Below are positions 1 to 10,442 of a DNA stretch of 64,000 bases, in pieces. This DNA comes from a bacterium. Its GTDB lineage: Bacteria > JADJOY01. The position numbers and the translations under genes are program-made. The notes beneath the pieces are model-generated. The model ran no database searches. It was not told where the DNA came from and worked only from the letters and a program-made list of their open reading frames with translations. The stretch spans positions 1 through 64,000 of the forward strand of contig JAXLQJ010000037.1 in NCBI GenBank assembly GCA_046331705.1, given 5' to 3'. The number at the start of each line of letters is the position of its first letter. Position 1 is the first letter of the stretch.

Positions 1-119
1 GGGCCCTGCTCGGCCGCGGGCGAACGCCGCTCGCCGGCGCCGCGCCGGTCGCAACCGGGACACGACGACAGCACGATCGAGACGAGCAGCGCGAGCAAGG
101 CAGGAGCGATTCGTCGCAT
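1..119 (-). CDS. Putative lipoprotein, N-terminus only (runs off window edge)
   Basis: Manual translation of the minus strand from ATG 119: [23 protein letters not shown]..., a basic N-terminus, hydrophobic core and LSSC lipobox-like motif. Confidence 0.5.
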   Translation of the reverse strand, partial: MRRIAPALLALLVSIVLSSCPGCDRRGAGERRSPAAEQG

Positions 120-308
120 GGGCATCCGTCCGGTCCGCGAGGTGCGGTGACGATACGTCGTCACCTCGGGTTCTTCCACCATCCTGGGGCGCGCATCAGA
201 TCGTGCAGCTGCTTGGTGGTCACCGGGGCAACGGTTACGATCGCGCGCGTCATGGCAATCGTTCGCGATCGGAAACGAATCGTGGCGCGAGCTCGCCCCC
301 GCCGCGCG

Positions 309-1010
309 ATGGACAAGCGCGCGCGCACCACGGGGCGGCGCGCGCCGGCACCGTCTGCCATCGTCGCCGCGCGCGCCTCGGATCGCGCCGTGCGCGACCT
401 CATCGTCGAGCTCTGCCGGCAGTTCTACGTGCAGGGCTGGGTGAGCGGGACCGGCGGCGGCATCAGCGTCAAGCAAGACGGCCGGATCTACATGGCGCCG
501 AGCGGCGTCCAGAAGGAACGCATCCAACCGCAGGATCTCTTCACCGTGGACGAACAGGGCGCGGTGCTGAGCCGGCCCGCCGACGAAGCGCTCAAGCTCA
601 GCGAATGCGCGCCGCTTTTCCTCAACGCCTACCGGCTGCGGGGCGCGGGCGCGGTGCTTCACAGTCACAGCATCCACGCGATGCTGGCGACGCTGTGCTT
701 CGACGAGGTGTTCCGCGTGACGCACCTGGAGATGATGAAGGGCATCCGCGGCGTGGGCTTCCACGACGTGCTGGAGGTGCCGATCATCGACAACACCGCT
801 CGCGAATGCGACCTCGCCGATCGCATGGCGGCGGCGATCGTCGCCTTCCCGCAGACGCACGCCGTGCTGGTGCGGCGGCACGGCGTCTACATCTGGGGCC
901 GCGACTGGATCGAGGCGAAGACCCAGGCCGAATGCTACGACTACCTGTTCCGTGCAGCGGTCGAGATGAAGCAGATGGGTCTCGACCCCGCGCGCGACCC
1001 GCGCGCCTGA
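309..1010 (+). CDS. mtnB: Methylthioribulose-1-phosphate dehydratase (class II aldolase fold, APIP-like)
   Basis: [29 protein letters not shown] and [12 protein letters not shown] motifs; adjacent to mtnD; start placed at ATG 309. Confidence 0.93.
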   Translation: MDKRARTTGRRAPAPSAIVAARASDRAVRDLIVELCRQFYVQGWVSGTGGGISVKQDGRIYMAPSGVQKERIQPQDLFTVDEQGAVLSRPADEALKLSECAPLFLNAYRLRGAGAVLHSHSIHAMLATLCFDEVFRVTHLEMMKGIRGVGFHDVLEVPIIDNTARECDLADRMAAAIVAFPQTHAVLVRRHGVYIWGRDWIEAKTQAECYDYLFRAAVEMKQMGLDPARDPRA

Positions 1011-1023
1011 GGAGGTCCCGACG

Positions 1024-1479
1024 ATGAAAGCCACCTGGCTCGAAGGTCCCGAGGCCGGCACGCCGATCGCCCCCGCCCTCCTGAACGCGGACGGCATCCC
1101 GTACGAGTTCGCGGATCCGCGTCCCGAGGCGTATCAGCACGTGCTCGATCGATACCGCGACCAGCGCGGCTACGTGACGCAAGACGAGGTCGCGCTCGCG
1201 CCGACCACGCCGGGCCTCGACGCGCTGTGCGACAAGTTCAAGGGCGAGCACTTCCACGACGACGACGAGGTGCGCTTCGTCCTGGAAGGCAAGGGCATCT
1301 TCGACATCCGCTCCCAGGACGACCGCTGGATGCGCGTCGAGGTGGGGCCGGGCGACCTCATCATCGTGCCAGCCGGACGCTTCCACCGCTTCTATCTGAC
1401 CGACGAGCGCCAGATTCGCTGCGTGCGGCTCTTCAAGGATCCCGCGGGCTGGGCAGCGAAGTATCGCGCCGCCGCTTGA
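1024..1479 (+). CDS. mtnD: Acireductone dioxygenase (cupin)
   Basis: EHFHDDDEVRF and VPAGRFHRF metal-binding cupin motifs; GAGGAGG RBS; follows mtnB. Confidence 0.92.
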   Translation: MKATWLEGPEAGTPIAPALLNADGIPYEFADPRPEAYQHVLDRYRDQRGYVTQDEVALAPTTPGLDALCDKFKGEHFHDDDEVRFVLEGKGIFDIRSQDDRWMRVEVGPGDLIIVPAGRFHRFYLTDERQIRCVRLFKDPAGWAAKYRAAA

Positions 1480-2826
1480 TCAGCGACCGACTCGCCGCGA
1501 GCCGCGCAACGGCTTTGCGGCGGCGTCGAGCAGCGCCCAGAGCGGCGCCAGATCGTCGCCGAGCCGCCGCAGCGTTCGCACCACGCTCACGGCGTCCTCG
1601 CGGGGCGCACCGAGGCCGTGCGCGACGAGCGTCGCGGCCTTGTCATCGAGCGCGGCGTCGTCGAGCGGCGTCTCGGGGTCGCCGCGCGGATGGGTGACCT
1701 CGGCCGCGAGCGTCTCGCCGCCCGCGAGCTCGACGATCACCCGCGACCCCCAGCGCGCCGGGTAGGCGCGCTCGAAGCCGGCGTCCTCGACGATCCGCAC
1801 GCGTGACCGCAGCGCCGCCACGTCCGCCGCTCGGATCGCTTCCGGCGCGAACGCATCGAGGGAGACCGCGCCGCGCGCCAGCGCCACCGCGACGCAATGC
1901 TGGACGCTGAAGCGCGCCGCCGCGGGGCCGCACGGATCGGGCTCGTCGCAGAGCGCGGCGATGGTTCGATAGCCGGCCACGGTGATTCGCGCGACCCGGC
2001 TCGCGTCGACACGCGGCGCCAGCGCCAGCGCCGCGTCGATCGCTGGATGCGTGTGGCGGCACGATCCCCACGGCTTGAAGCTCGTCTCGCCGATCTTCCA
2101 GCCGGCGGCGGGCGCGAGGATCGCTTCGGGGCGCGAGTCGGCGCACAGCCCGACGAAGAAGCCCTTCTCGCCTTCGAGGATGCGCTCGGGACCGGTGAGC
2201 CCGAGCGTCGCCAGCCGCGCCGCCGTCACCCCGCTGCGCGCAGCATGTCCGGCGTGGAGCGGCTTGGTGGCCGCATGCTCGGAGTTGAACTGCCAGAGGC
2301 CGCCCGCCACCGACCCCGCGTTGCCGAGCGCCCAGGTCCAGGCATCCTCGTCCAGCTCGAGCAGCGAGCAGGCGGCGGCGGCGGCGCCGAACGGCCCGCA
2401 CGTCGCGGTGTTGTGGAACACCCGATAATGCGCCGGCCCCACGGCTTCGCCGATCCGCAAGCACACCTCGTAGCCGCGCACGATCGCGTCCAGCAGCGCG
2501 GCGGAGGAGGCGCGTCGCTCGCGGGCCAGCGCCAGCGCCGCCGGCACCACCACGCAGCCCGGGTGGGTGACCGAGGCACGGTGGAGATCGTCGAGCTCGA
2601 GCGTGTGGGCGAGCGCCCCCCACACGAACGCGCGCGACTCCGGCGCGTGGCCCGCGCGCGCGGCGAACCGTCGCACCGCCGTCGCCTCGTCCGTGCGACG
2701 AGCGCCCGCCAGACAGGCGACGGTGTCGATCAGGCAGCGTCGCGCGTGGGCCCGCGCGGCGTCGTCGATCGCTCGACCCACGAGACGCGCCACCCGCCGC
2801 GTGAAGCTGGGATCCTCCGCCGTCAT
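1480..2826 (-). CDS. MmgE/PrpD family protein
   Basis: C-terminal part of the 1480..6489 ORF: HTLELDDLH, HPGCVVVPAAL, FHNTATCG, KPWGSCRHTH, PRGDPETPL. Confidence 0.88.
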   Translation of the reverse strand: MTAEDPSFTRRVARLVGRAIDDAARAHARRCLIDTVACLAGARRTDEATAVRRFAARAGHAPESRAFVWGALAHTLELDDLHRASVTHPGCVVVPAALALARERRASSAALLDAIVRGYEVCLRIGEAVGPAHYRVFHNTATCGPFGAAAAACSLLELDEDAWTWALGNAGSVAGGLWQFNSEHAATKPLHAGHAARSGVTAARLATLGLTGPERILEGEKGFFVGLCADSRPEAILAPAAGWKIGETSFKPWGSCRHTHPAIDAALALAPRVDASRVARITVAGYRTIAALCDEPDPCGPAAARFSVQHCVAVALARGAVSLDAFAPEAIRAADVAALRSRVRIVEDAGFERAYPARWGSRVIVELAGGETLAAEVTHPRGDPETPLDDAALDDKAATLVAHGLGAPREDAVSVVRTLRRLGDDLAPLWALLDAAAKPLRGSRRVGR

Positions 2827-2955
2827 CCGCCGATCTCCACCTGGACGGGCGCCTGCGGCGCGCGCCGCGCGCGCGGACGATAGCATGCGGCAGCGACCCG
2901 GGCCCGGCTTCGGGCGCACGCGCGTCTGATACGCTCTCGACGATTCGAGCGACCG

Positions 2956-3873
2956 GTGAAGCAGCACGAGAACCTCGACGAACCGTCCCTCGCGTGGACT
3001 GCGGAAGACGACGCGTTCGTGCGCGCCGCGGCGGCGTATCTCGAGCACCCGAGCTTCCTCGTCCAGCTCGCCGACCTCGTGGGCCGCCCGGTGGAGGCGG
3101 CGCTCGGATCGTTGCCGCGCACGGCCCAGCGGGTGATCCAGCGGGCCGTACAAGGGGCCCTCGGCAAGGGGCTCGAGTGGGTGAGCCACGGCCTCGAGCC
3201 TTCCGAGGCGCCGGTCTTCGAGACCCTCGCCACCGCCGGATCCCGCGCTCGCCAGCGCGGCCGCCGCCACAACGTGGCCGCCGCGGCGACCGGGGCGGCC
3301 GGTGGGTTCGCGGGTCTCGCCGCGATGCCGATCGAGCTGCCGATCAGCACACTCATCCTGCTGCGCACGATCGCCGCCACGGCGCACGAGATGGGCGCCG
3401 ACCTCGGCGATCCCGCCGTCCGCCTCGAATGCCTCTCGGTGCTGAGCCTGGGTGGTCCGACACGTCGCGACGACGCCGCGGAGAGCGGCTACTTGACCGC
3501 GCGCGTCGGCCTCGCCGGCGCACTGCGCGAGGCCGCCCGCGGGCTGGCGCGCTCGGGCGCCGAGGACCTCGCGCGGGTCGCGTTGGATCGAACCGCGCCC
3601 GCATTGGTCCGGTTCCTGGCGCTGATCGCCGGCCGCTTCGAGGCCGTGGTCACCGAGCGCGCCGTGGCCCAGGTGCTGCCGGTCGTGGGAGCGATCTCGG
3701 GCGCCGCGATCAACACGGCCTTCGCCCATCACTTCCACCGGGTGGCGCTCTATCATTTCGGCATCCGCCAGCTCGAGCGCCTGCACGGTGCCGAGACCGT
3801 GGAGGCGCGCTATCGCGCCACCCTCGGGCCAGGTCCGGCTCCGCGACGCCGTGAGCTCGTGGCGGCCCGCTGA
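2956..3873 (+). CDS. EcsC family protein
   Basis: ATGAAGGFAGLAAMPIELPIST, AQVLPVVGAISGAAIN and HFGIRQLER patterns typical of EcsC. Confidence 0.82.
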   Translation: MKQHENLDEPSLAWTAEDDAFVRAAAAYLEHPSFLVQLADLVGRPVEAALGSLPRTAQRVIQRAVQGALGKGLEWVSHGLEPSEAPVFETLATAGSRARQRGRRHNVAAAATGAAGGFAGLAAMPIELPISTLILLRTIAATAHEMGADLGDPAVRLECLSVLSLGGPTRRDDAAESGYLTARVGLAGALREAARGLARSGAEDLARVALDRTAPALVRFLALIAGRFEAVVTERAVAQVLPVVGAISGAAINTAFAHHFHRVALYHFGIRQLERLHGAETVEARYRATLGPGPAPRRRELVAAR

Positions 3874-3948
3874 CCGCTCCATCCGCCCGCGTGCGCCGCC
3901 CGTTGGGCGCACGGTCCGTTCCCTCGATCTCCCCCGTTTCTCGCGAAG

Positions 3949-6531
3949 ATGCCGATCATGTGGCTTCCCGGTGACCTGCTGACCCACAAGTTCAACCCCG
4001 ATCTCGGCGTCGGTCGGGTCATGGCGGTGGACGGGCGCGTGCTGACGGTGCGCTTCCCGCGTACCGACACCGAGCTCAAGATGACCACCTCCGCCGACAC
4101 GCTGGTGCCGCTGGTGCTCGCGCCCGGCACCCGCGCGCGGATCGACGCCACCGGCGAGGAGGTGATCGTCGCCGAACCGCTGCGCGACGGGGCGGCCGGT
4201 TATCGGCTCGCCGACGGTCGCAACGTGCAACGCGGCGTGCTCTGGCCGCTCGAGGCCGCCGAGACGGTGGTGGATCGACTGGCGCGCGGCCACGTGGACG
4301 ATTACCGCGACTTCCTGAATCGCCTCGATGCGGCGCGGCTGGTGGCCATGCGCCGCACCAGCGGCCTGGGCTCTTTCCTGGGCGGACGGATTCGCCTCTA
4401 TCCGCACCAGCTCTACGTCGCCGAACGCGCGACCGCGCTCGATCCGGTGCGCTGGCTGCTCGCGGACGAGGTGGGCCTCGGCAAGACCGTCGAGGCCTGC
4501 CTGGTGCTCAATCACCTGGAGCGAACCGGCAAGGCGGAGCGCGCGCTGGTGGTGGCGCCGACGACGCTCACCGTTCAATGGCTCGGCGAGCTCTATCGCA
4601 AATATCACCAGGTCTTCGTGCATCTCGACGAGGACCGTTTGAAGGACGTGGCGCGCGATCTGGGCGAGGACTTCAACCCGTTCGACGCGCATCCGAAGGC
4701 GGTGATCGCGATCGAGCTGCTGGTGGATCGTCCCGAGCTCGTACGCGCCGCTCACGACGCGGGCCTCGACCTGCTGGTGGTGGACGAAGCGCATCATCTC
4801 GAGCGTCCGCCAGGCCAACCCGGAAACGCGCGCTATCGAGCGGTGGCGCCGCTCACGCAGGTCGCGCGCCACGTGCTGCTGCTCACGGCGACGCCGCTCG
4901 CCGAGGATGTCGACGGCTTCTTCCGCCTGCTCGAGCTGTTGCGGCCCGAGGAGCTCGGCGGCGACGAGTCCTTCGGGGCGCGGATCGAGCGTGGCGTCGC
5001 GCTGCCGCCGTGCACCAGCGCCACGCGCCGCACCGACATCGGCGGCTTTCCGCCGCGGCTCGGGATGGTCGTCGATCTCGCCGCGAGCGAGGGGCTCGAC
5101 GCGTGGCTCGAGCTGGAAGCGGAGGTGGTCGCCACGGAGGCGCACGACGCGGCCGCCAAGCGTCGCAAGCTCGAACGTTACCGACGCCTGCTGTCGTCGG
5201 CGCCGGCGCTGCCGCCGCCACGCGACGCGGTCCACGCCACCTGGCACGAGCGCGTGGAGCGAATCTTCGCGGCGGACCCGCGCGTCGAGTGGCTGGTGCG
5301 CGAGGCGACGGCATGGCAGGAGGCGGGCGAGAAGACACTGGTCTTCGTCGCGTTCCCCGAGACGCTGGAGGCGCTGAAGCGGGTGCTGGAGCTGCGCACC
5401 CGGCGCCGCGTGGCGGTCTTCCACGAGAAGCTCTCGACCGCGCGTCGCGACATCGAGGTGGCCCAGTTCCGCACCAGCGCCGGCCCCTCCATCCTGGTTT
5501 CCACCGAATGCGGCGGTGAGGGCCGGAACTTCGAGTTCTGCCGCAGGATCGTGCTCTTCGACCTCCCCTGGGACCCGCTCGCGCTCGAGCAGCGGGTGGG
5601 GCGTCTGGACCGTATCGGCCGGTCGATCCCGATCGAGATCGTCTACTTCCGCCCGCCCCGCGGTCTCGGTCACGTGCTGGCGGAGGTGATGGAGGCGAGC
5701 GGCGTGTTCCGCGAGCCGCTCGCCGGGCTCACCCACGAGCTGGCCCGCATCGAGTCCGCGATCGAGCACGCCGCACTCGGCCCCGATGCGATGGAGCTCG
5801 TCGCCGAGCGCTTCGCGCCCGTGGTGGACGACGCGCGCGCCGCGCTCGGCCGGATCGAGGCCGGCGTCCACCACGAGCTGCATCGCGATCCGTATCGCGC
5901 CGAGATGGCGCCGGCGATCCTGGCGCGGGTTCCTGCTGGCCTCGAAGCGCTGACCGAGCAGGTGGTGCTCGACGCCTGCGAGCGCTACGGCTTCGACGTC
6001 GTCGCGGAGCGAGCGCGCGCGACCTACTCGATCGAGTTCGGCGCCCGCGCGCTGGTCGATCAGGTCCCGGGCGTGGTCGGCGGCAAGCGCTTCCTCGGCA
6101 CCTTCGACCGGGAAGAGGCGGTCGCCAACGAGACGGTGGATTTCTTCGCCGCGGGGCATCCGCTCGTGGAAGGGATCCTGCTCGAGCTGCTGGACGGGAA
6201 TCGCGGTCGCACCGCGGCCTTCACCTGGGTCCGCGCCGCTGCGATCGACTCGGGCGAGCCCGGCGCTGACGACGAGGCCGATGGCCTGTGGGGCGTGGTC
6301 GCCATCGTCGACGACGAGCGCGCGCCGATCCGGGTGATCGACGGGCTCGGCCGGCGGCGTCCCGATTGGGAAGGGGCGCTGAGCAGCGGTGAAGGCCAGG
6401 CCGTTCGGCTCGACCGCGACGACCTGCCGGATGCCGAGACCTGGGCCGATGCGATCCGGGTGCTCACCGCGAGCATCGGCAACGAGCACGAGCTTCGCGC
6501 GTTGGCCGCCGTGCGGCTCGTGCGCGGGTGA
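3949..6531 (+). CDS. rapA: RapA/HepA-like SNF2 helicase (RNA polymerase-associated)
   Basis: LLADEVGLGKT, VVDEAHH, LLTATP, GGEGRNF, FDLPWDP..LEQRVGRLDRIG, GTFDREEA and HPLV motifs. Confidence 0.8.
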   Translation: MPIMWLPGDLLTHKFNPDLGVGRVMAVDGRVLTVRFPRTDTELKMTTSADTLVPLVLAPGTRARIDATGEEVIVAEPLRDGAAGYRLADGRNVQRGVLWPLEAAETVVDRLARGHVDDYRDFLNRLDAARLVAMRRTSGLGSFLGGRIRLYPHQLYVAERATALDPVRWLLADEVGLGKTVEACLVLNHLERTGKAERALVVAPTTLTVQWLGELYRKYHQVFVHLDEDRLKDVARDLGEDFNPFDAHPKAVIAIELLVDRPELVRAAHDAGLDLLVVDEAHHLERPPGQPGNARYRAVAPLTQVARHVLLLTATPLAEDVDGFFRLLELLRPEELGGDESFGARIERGVALPPCTSATRRTDIGGFPPRLGMVVDLAASEGLDAWLELEAEVVATEAHDAAAKRRKLERYRRLLSSAPALPPPRDAVHATWHERVERIFAADPRVEWLVREATAWQEAGEKTLVFVAFPETLEALKRVLELRTRRRVAVFHEKLSTARRDIEVAQFRTSAGPSILVSTECGGEGRNFEFCRRIVLFDLPWDPLALEQRVGRLDRIGRSIPIEIVYFRPPRGLGHVLAEVMEASGVFREPLAGLTHELARIESAIEHAALGPDAMELVAERFAPVVDDARAALGRIEAGVHHELHRDPYRAEMAPAILARVPAGLEALTEQVVLDACERYGFDVVAERARATYSIEFGARALVDQVPGVVGGKRFLGTFDREEAVANETVDFFAAGHPLVEGILLELLDGNRGRTAAFTWVRAAAIDSGEPGADDEADGLWGVVAIVDDERAPIRVIDGLGRRRPDWEGALSSGEGQAVRLDRDDLPDAETWADAIRVLTASIGNEHELRALAAVRLVRG

Positions 6532-6576
6532 TGGCGCCTCCGTCGTGTCCGAGGCTCGCTCGCCACCGAAGCGCGC

Positions 6577-7446
6577 TCAGTCGATGGGCACGCCGTCGAC
6601 GCGCGTGCGCTCGCGAAACGCTGCTTCCAGACGCTCCGTGATCGGACCCGGCGTCGATCCACCGATCCGCGCTCCATCGAGCGAGCGGATCGCCACCACA
6701 CGAGCGCCGGTCCCGGTGAGGAAGGCCTCGTCCGCGCCGAGCAGGTCGATCCGCCCGAGGCTCGCCTCGCGCACGGGAATCGCCGCGGCCGCCGCGAGCT
6801 CCAGCACCGTCGCGCGCGTCACGCCCTCGAGCGCGCCATCGGTGGCGGGCGGTGTGCGCAGCACGCCGCGGCTCACCACGAACACGTTGGCGACGCTCGC
6901 CTCCGCGATCTGACCCGCGGCGTTCAAGATGAGCGCCTCGTCCGCGCCGCGCACCTTCGCCTCGCGCTTGGCCAGGACGCTGTTCAGGTAGTTGAGGCTC
7001 TTGACGCGCGGGTCGAGCACGTCTGGGCCCGGACGCCTGAGGCTCGCCGTGACCAGATCGAGGCCGGCGGCGAGCTTCTCCGCGGCGTAGAGCTGCACTT
7101 GATCGACCATGCACACGATGCGTGGCGTGGGGCAGAGGAAGGGGTCGACGCCGAGCGGTCCTTCGCCGCGACTCACGATCAGGCGAACGTACGCCTCGTC
7201 GGCAGCGAAGGCGCGCGCGGTTTCGAGGACGATCGCTCGGATCGCGGGGAGGCCGCCGGGGATCGTGAGGCCGACCGCTGCGGCCGATACCGCGAGCCGC
7301 TCCAGATGGCGATCCAAGCGGAACACCCGGCGCGCGTAGACGCGAATGCCTTCGAAGACTCCGTCACCGTAGAGAAAGCCGTGATCGGTCACGGAGATGC
7401 GCGCATCCGCGCCGTCGACGATCCGACCGTCGAGCCACACCTTCAT
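6577..7446 (-). CDS. ilvE: Branched-chain amino acid aminotransferase (class IV)
   Basis: MKVWLDG...DHGFLYGDGVFEGIR, VKSLNYL, ALEGVTR and EAFLTGTGA. Confidence 0.9.
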   Translation of the reverse strand: MKVWLDGRIVDGADARISVTDHGFLYGDGVFEGIRVYARRVFRLDRHLERLAVSAAAVGLTIPGGLPAIRAIVLETARAFAADEAYVRLIVSRGEGPLGVDPFLCPTPRIVCMVDQVQLYAAEKLAAGLDLVTASLRRPGPDVLDPRVKSLNYLNSVLAKREAKVRGADEALILNAAGQIAEASVANVFVVSRGVLRTPPATDGALEGVTRATVLELAAAAAIPVREASLGRIDLLGADEAFLTGTGARVVAIRSLDGARIGGSTPGPITERLEAAFRERTRVDGVPID

Positions 7447-8195
7447 GGGATCCTCCCTTGTAGCCGTGCCGCGGTGGCGGCGGCGGCGTCGAGCACCGCC
7501 CGCAGCGCCCGTTGGCGCGCGTTTCGATCGAGCCGCACGGTGGGGATCGCCGCGGCGATGGCCCCCACGAGCCGGTCCGAGACGAGCACTGGGCCCGCCA
7601 GGAATGCGAGACCTGGAATCCACTCCTCGCGGCTCTCGGCCCAGCGACGGCGCCGAACCTCGGCGACCGCTCGCGCGAGCGCCGCAGGCGTGGTGAGCGT
7701 GTGCCGCGTGAAACGCGGCAGCGCCGTCGCGGTGGAGGGTGCGCCGCAGCGCTCGGGAGCGAGCGCGAGATAGAGCTTCCCGACCGCCGTCGCGTGAATC
7801 GGCGCCGTGTCGCCGATCCGCGGCGCGGCACGCAGCAATCCGGTTCCCTCGACCTTGTCGAGGACGACGAGCGCCTGCTCCCGTGCCGCGGCGAGGAAGA
7901 GGGTCTCCCCGAGCGCTTGCGCCGCGACCTCGAGGGCCGGGCGCGCGGCCTCGATGAGCGGCTCGCGGGCGAGCACCGCGAGGCCGAGGGCTACCAGCCC
8001 GAAGCCGAGCCGATAGCGTCCATCGGCGGCTTGCTCCACGTAGCCCCGCGAGCCGAGGCTCGTGAGCAGACGGTGGACGCTCGCCTTCGGCATGCGCAGC
8101 GCGCGGCCGAGCTCGGATACGCCAAGGGGCGCCGTCTGCGTCTGCAGGTGCGCCAGCAGCGTGAGCGCTTTGTCGACCGTGCCCGAACCGCTCAT
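7443..8195 (-). CDS. IclR family transcriptional regulator
   Basis: N-terminal HTH (TVDKALTLL...SELGRALRMPKASVHRLL) and HATAVGK; 4-bp overlap with ilvE. Confidence 0.9.
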   Translation of the reverse strand: MSGSGTVDKALTLLAHLQTQTAPLGVSELGRALRMPKASVHRLLTSLGSRGYVEQAADGRYRLGFGLVALGLAVLAREPLIEAARPALEVAAQALGETLFLAAAREQALVVLDKVEGTGLLRAAPRIGDTAPIHATAVGKLYLALAPERCGAPSTATALPRFTRHTLTTPAALARAVAEVRRRRWAESREEWIPGLAFLAGPVLVSDRLVGAIAAAIPTVRLDRNARQRALRAVLDAAAATAARLQGRIP

Positions 8196-8197
8196 CT

Positions 8198-8216
8198 CGT
8201 TCCGATATATGAAACG
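8198..8216. promoter_or_regulatory. Putative IclR-type operator (imperfect palindrome CGTTCCG-ATATA-TGAAACG)
   Basis: AT-rich dyad immediately upstream of the IclR start codon. Confidence 0.5.
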
Positions 8217-8278
8217 GTGTTCCATTCCATGTCCCGACGAACCTAGCGTGGGCGTAGGTCGCCGCGCAAGTGGCCGCG

Positions 8279-10273
8279 TCAGTCGCGGCGTCCGTCGCGG
8301 TGCATGCGAGGGAGCACGAGGCGAGACGGGAAACGCGCGTCGCGCAGCACGGTGATCTCCGCGGCCGACGACGGAAGGGCGGCGAAATGATCGGCATCGG
8401 CGCCGGCGATCGCCAGCCTGAGCGCGTGACCCGCCTGGAACAGGTACGAGACCGGCAGCAGATCGAACGCGAGCTCCGCCGGCTCCCCCGGCACGAGCGG
8501 CCACGCATCCGCGCGGCGGAAGCTGCGGTAGGGAGCAGGCACGGGATGGGGCGGAGGCTCGTCGCGCGCGCGGCGGTGCAGGGCGCGCAGCATCCCCTCG
8601 GTCACGTAGGTGACCTGGCCGCGCTCGTCGACGTCCTCGAGATAGACGTGGAGCGTGGCGTCCGGCGCGTCGGCGACGATCCAGAGCACCACGCGCGGAT
8701 GGCCCGTGACCTCGTACGGCGCGGGGAGCGCCGCGGACGTGTACGTGAGAAGGCGGCGATCGGCCTCGGCGCGGTCGGGGTAATCGATGGTGAAGTGGAA
8801 GCCGATCAGGCTGTCCCAGCGTGCTCGCGGGCCGGTCCCGACGCGACGATCGACGCGGTATCGGTCACCGTCGTCGCTCCCCCGCGGCCGAGGGGCGGCG
8901 AGGACGTGGCGCGGACCCAGGAACCAATCCTCGTCACGCGCGTCCGGGGGCGGCCAGCGGTCGGCGCTCTTCCAGCGCTCCTCGCCCATCGTGAAGTAGT
9001 GGACCGGCGGCTCGGCGCCGATGCCGTCGTCGCGGTCGAGCAGGTGCAGATCGAAGAAGCGCAGCAGCTCGCCGACGGCGTCGAACTGGGTCACGCGCGT
9101 GCGTCCTCGCGGGCTGGTCTGGAGCGCGCCGCCGTGCTCCCACGGACCCAGCACGAGCCGCGACCCGGGGCTGCCGACGGCGCGGAAGCGCTTGATGGCG
9201 GAGTGGGGATACGCGGAGTCGTGCCACCCGCTCACGCTCGCGATCGCGATGCCAGCGGCGCGCGCCTGCTCGAGGTGAGCGTGCGGGCTGAACGAGTCGG
9301 GAGTGAAGTCCGGGCGGCCAGGCGGGGAATCGTCGCGAAACGTGAGCGCCTCGGCGTCCGCGTGGGGGTCGTGGTTGCGCGCGTGGCTCGCGAGCGCGGC
9401 GGCGAGCAGCGCTCGGCGCGAGTCCTCGTCCACCGCGCGCACGCCCACCACCAGCTGACGCGCCACCCAGCGCAGCAGCGCCTCCGTCGTGTCCCGGTCG
9501 AGCCAGGAGGCGAGCCCGCGCAAGCGGCGGCTCGCCGCCGGCGCGCTACGCACACCGTGGCCGAAGAGGCGCAGCGTGCCGGCGAGCGCCTCGTCGAAGC
9601 AGCCGCGGTCCAGCGCGCGGTTGTAGCGGCTCCAGTTGCGGGTGAACCAGGCGAGCTGGATGCCGCCAGGGAAGGCGATGTCGGTGTAGACGTCGTAGAG
9701 CGAGAAACGCGGCGCGATGGCGCGCAACGCGGGATGGCCGCGCGTCGCGAGGTGCTCGGCGGCCGTGCCGTCGTAGGAGACGCCGGTCGAGCCGACGCGG
9801 CCGTTCGACCACGGCTGACTCACGATCCAATCGAGCACCTCGACTCCGTCTTGCACCTCGTCGCGCGACCAGGGATGGGGACGCTCGCCGAACGAGGCGC
9901 CCGAGCCGCGCGCGTCCACGTCCACCCACGCATAGCCGTGCGCCAGGAAGCGCGCGCGCGTGACGGCCTCGCCTTCGAGGAGATCGGGGGAGATCCAGCG
10001 CGCCCCGAGCGGCGTGAACGCGAGCGAGCGGTAGTAGCGGGTCTGGCGCAGCAGCGTCGGCAGGCGTGCCCCGCGCGCCAGCGCGTCGGCGGGCAAGTGG
10101 ACGTCGATCGCCACGCGCACGCCGTCGCGCATGACGAGGTAACGGGAGGTCCGGGTGACGGCTGGACGACGCTCGGGCGGCGGCAGCGCGGGCACCGACT
10201 CGAGCCTCGGACACCAGTGCGCGTCGCCCCCGGCGAGGGCAGGGAAATGGTCACAGACGTGGCGATGTCGCAT
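8279..10273 (-). CDS. CocE/NonD family hydrolase (peptidase S15)
   Basis: MRDGVRVAIDVHLP, VDARGSGASFG, WSNGRVGSTGVSYDG and LGPWEHG; start uncertain. Confidence 0.9.
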   Translation of the reverse strand: MRHRHVCDHFPALAGGDAHWCPRLESVPALPPPERRPAVTRTSRYLVMRDGVRVAIDVHLPADALARGARLPTLLRQTRYYRSLAFTPLGARWISPDLLEGEAVTRARFLAHGYAWVDVDARGSGASFGERPHPWSRDEVQDGVEVLDWIVSQPWSNGRVGSTGVSYDGTAAEHLATRGHPALRAIAPRFSLYDVYTDIAFPGGIQLAWFTRNWSRYNRALDRGCFDEALAGTLRLFGHGVRSAPAASRRLRGLASWLDRDTTEALLRWVARQLVVGVRAVDEDSRRALLAAALASHARNHDPHADAEALTFRDDSPPGRPDFTPDSFSPHAHLEQARAAGIAIASVSGWHDSAYPHSAIKRFRAVGSPGSRLVLGPWEHGGALQTSPRGRTRVTQFDAVGELLRFFDLHLLDRDDGIGAEPPVHYFTMGEERWKSADRWPPPDARDEDWFLGPRHVLAAPRPRGSDDGDRYRVDRRVGTGPRARWDSLIGFHFTIDYPDRAEADRRLLTYTSAALPAPYEVTGHPRVVLWIVADAPDATLHVYLEDVDERGQVTYVTEGMLRALHRRARDEPPPHPVPAPYRSFRRADAWPLVPGEPAELAFDLLPVSYLFQAGHALRLAIAGADADHFAALPSSAAEITVLRDARFPSRLVLPRMHRDGRRD

Positions 10274-10442
10274 CACGCTTGCTCCGAGATCGGCGGTACG
10301 CGGGTCGCGCGTCTCGAGCCACGGCGAGTGGCCCCGAGATTGCGAATCCGAGGGGCAACGAATCGACAGCCGAGCACCCGAGCGCGGCGCCGGTGCGGCC
10401 CACCAGCGATCGACCGCGCCCGCGCTCGGACGGGGAGAGGCG

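Noticed and set aside
2827..6489. N-terminal ~1200 aa of the 1669-aa minus-strand ORF
   Set aside because: Antisense shadow of the ecsC and rapA genes in GC-rich DNA; only the PrpD part is credible
8253..8301. Degenerate 12-bp periodicity (GTxxGTCGCxGC)
   Set aside because: Only four poor copies with no spacers; not a CRISPR array, and likely low-complexity GC sequence
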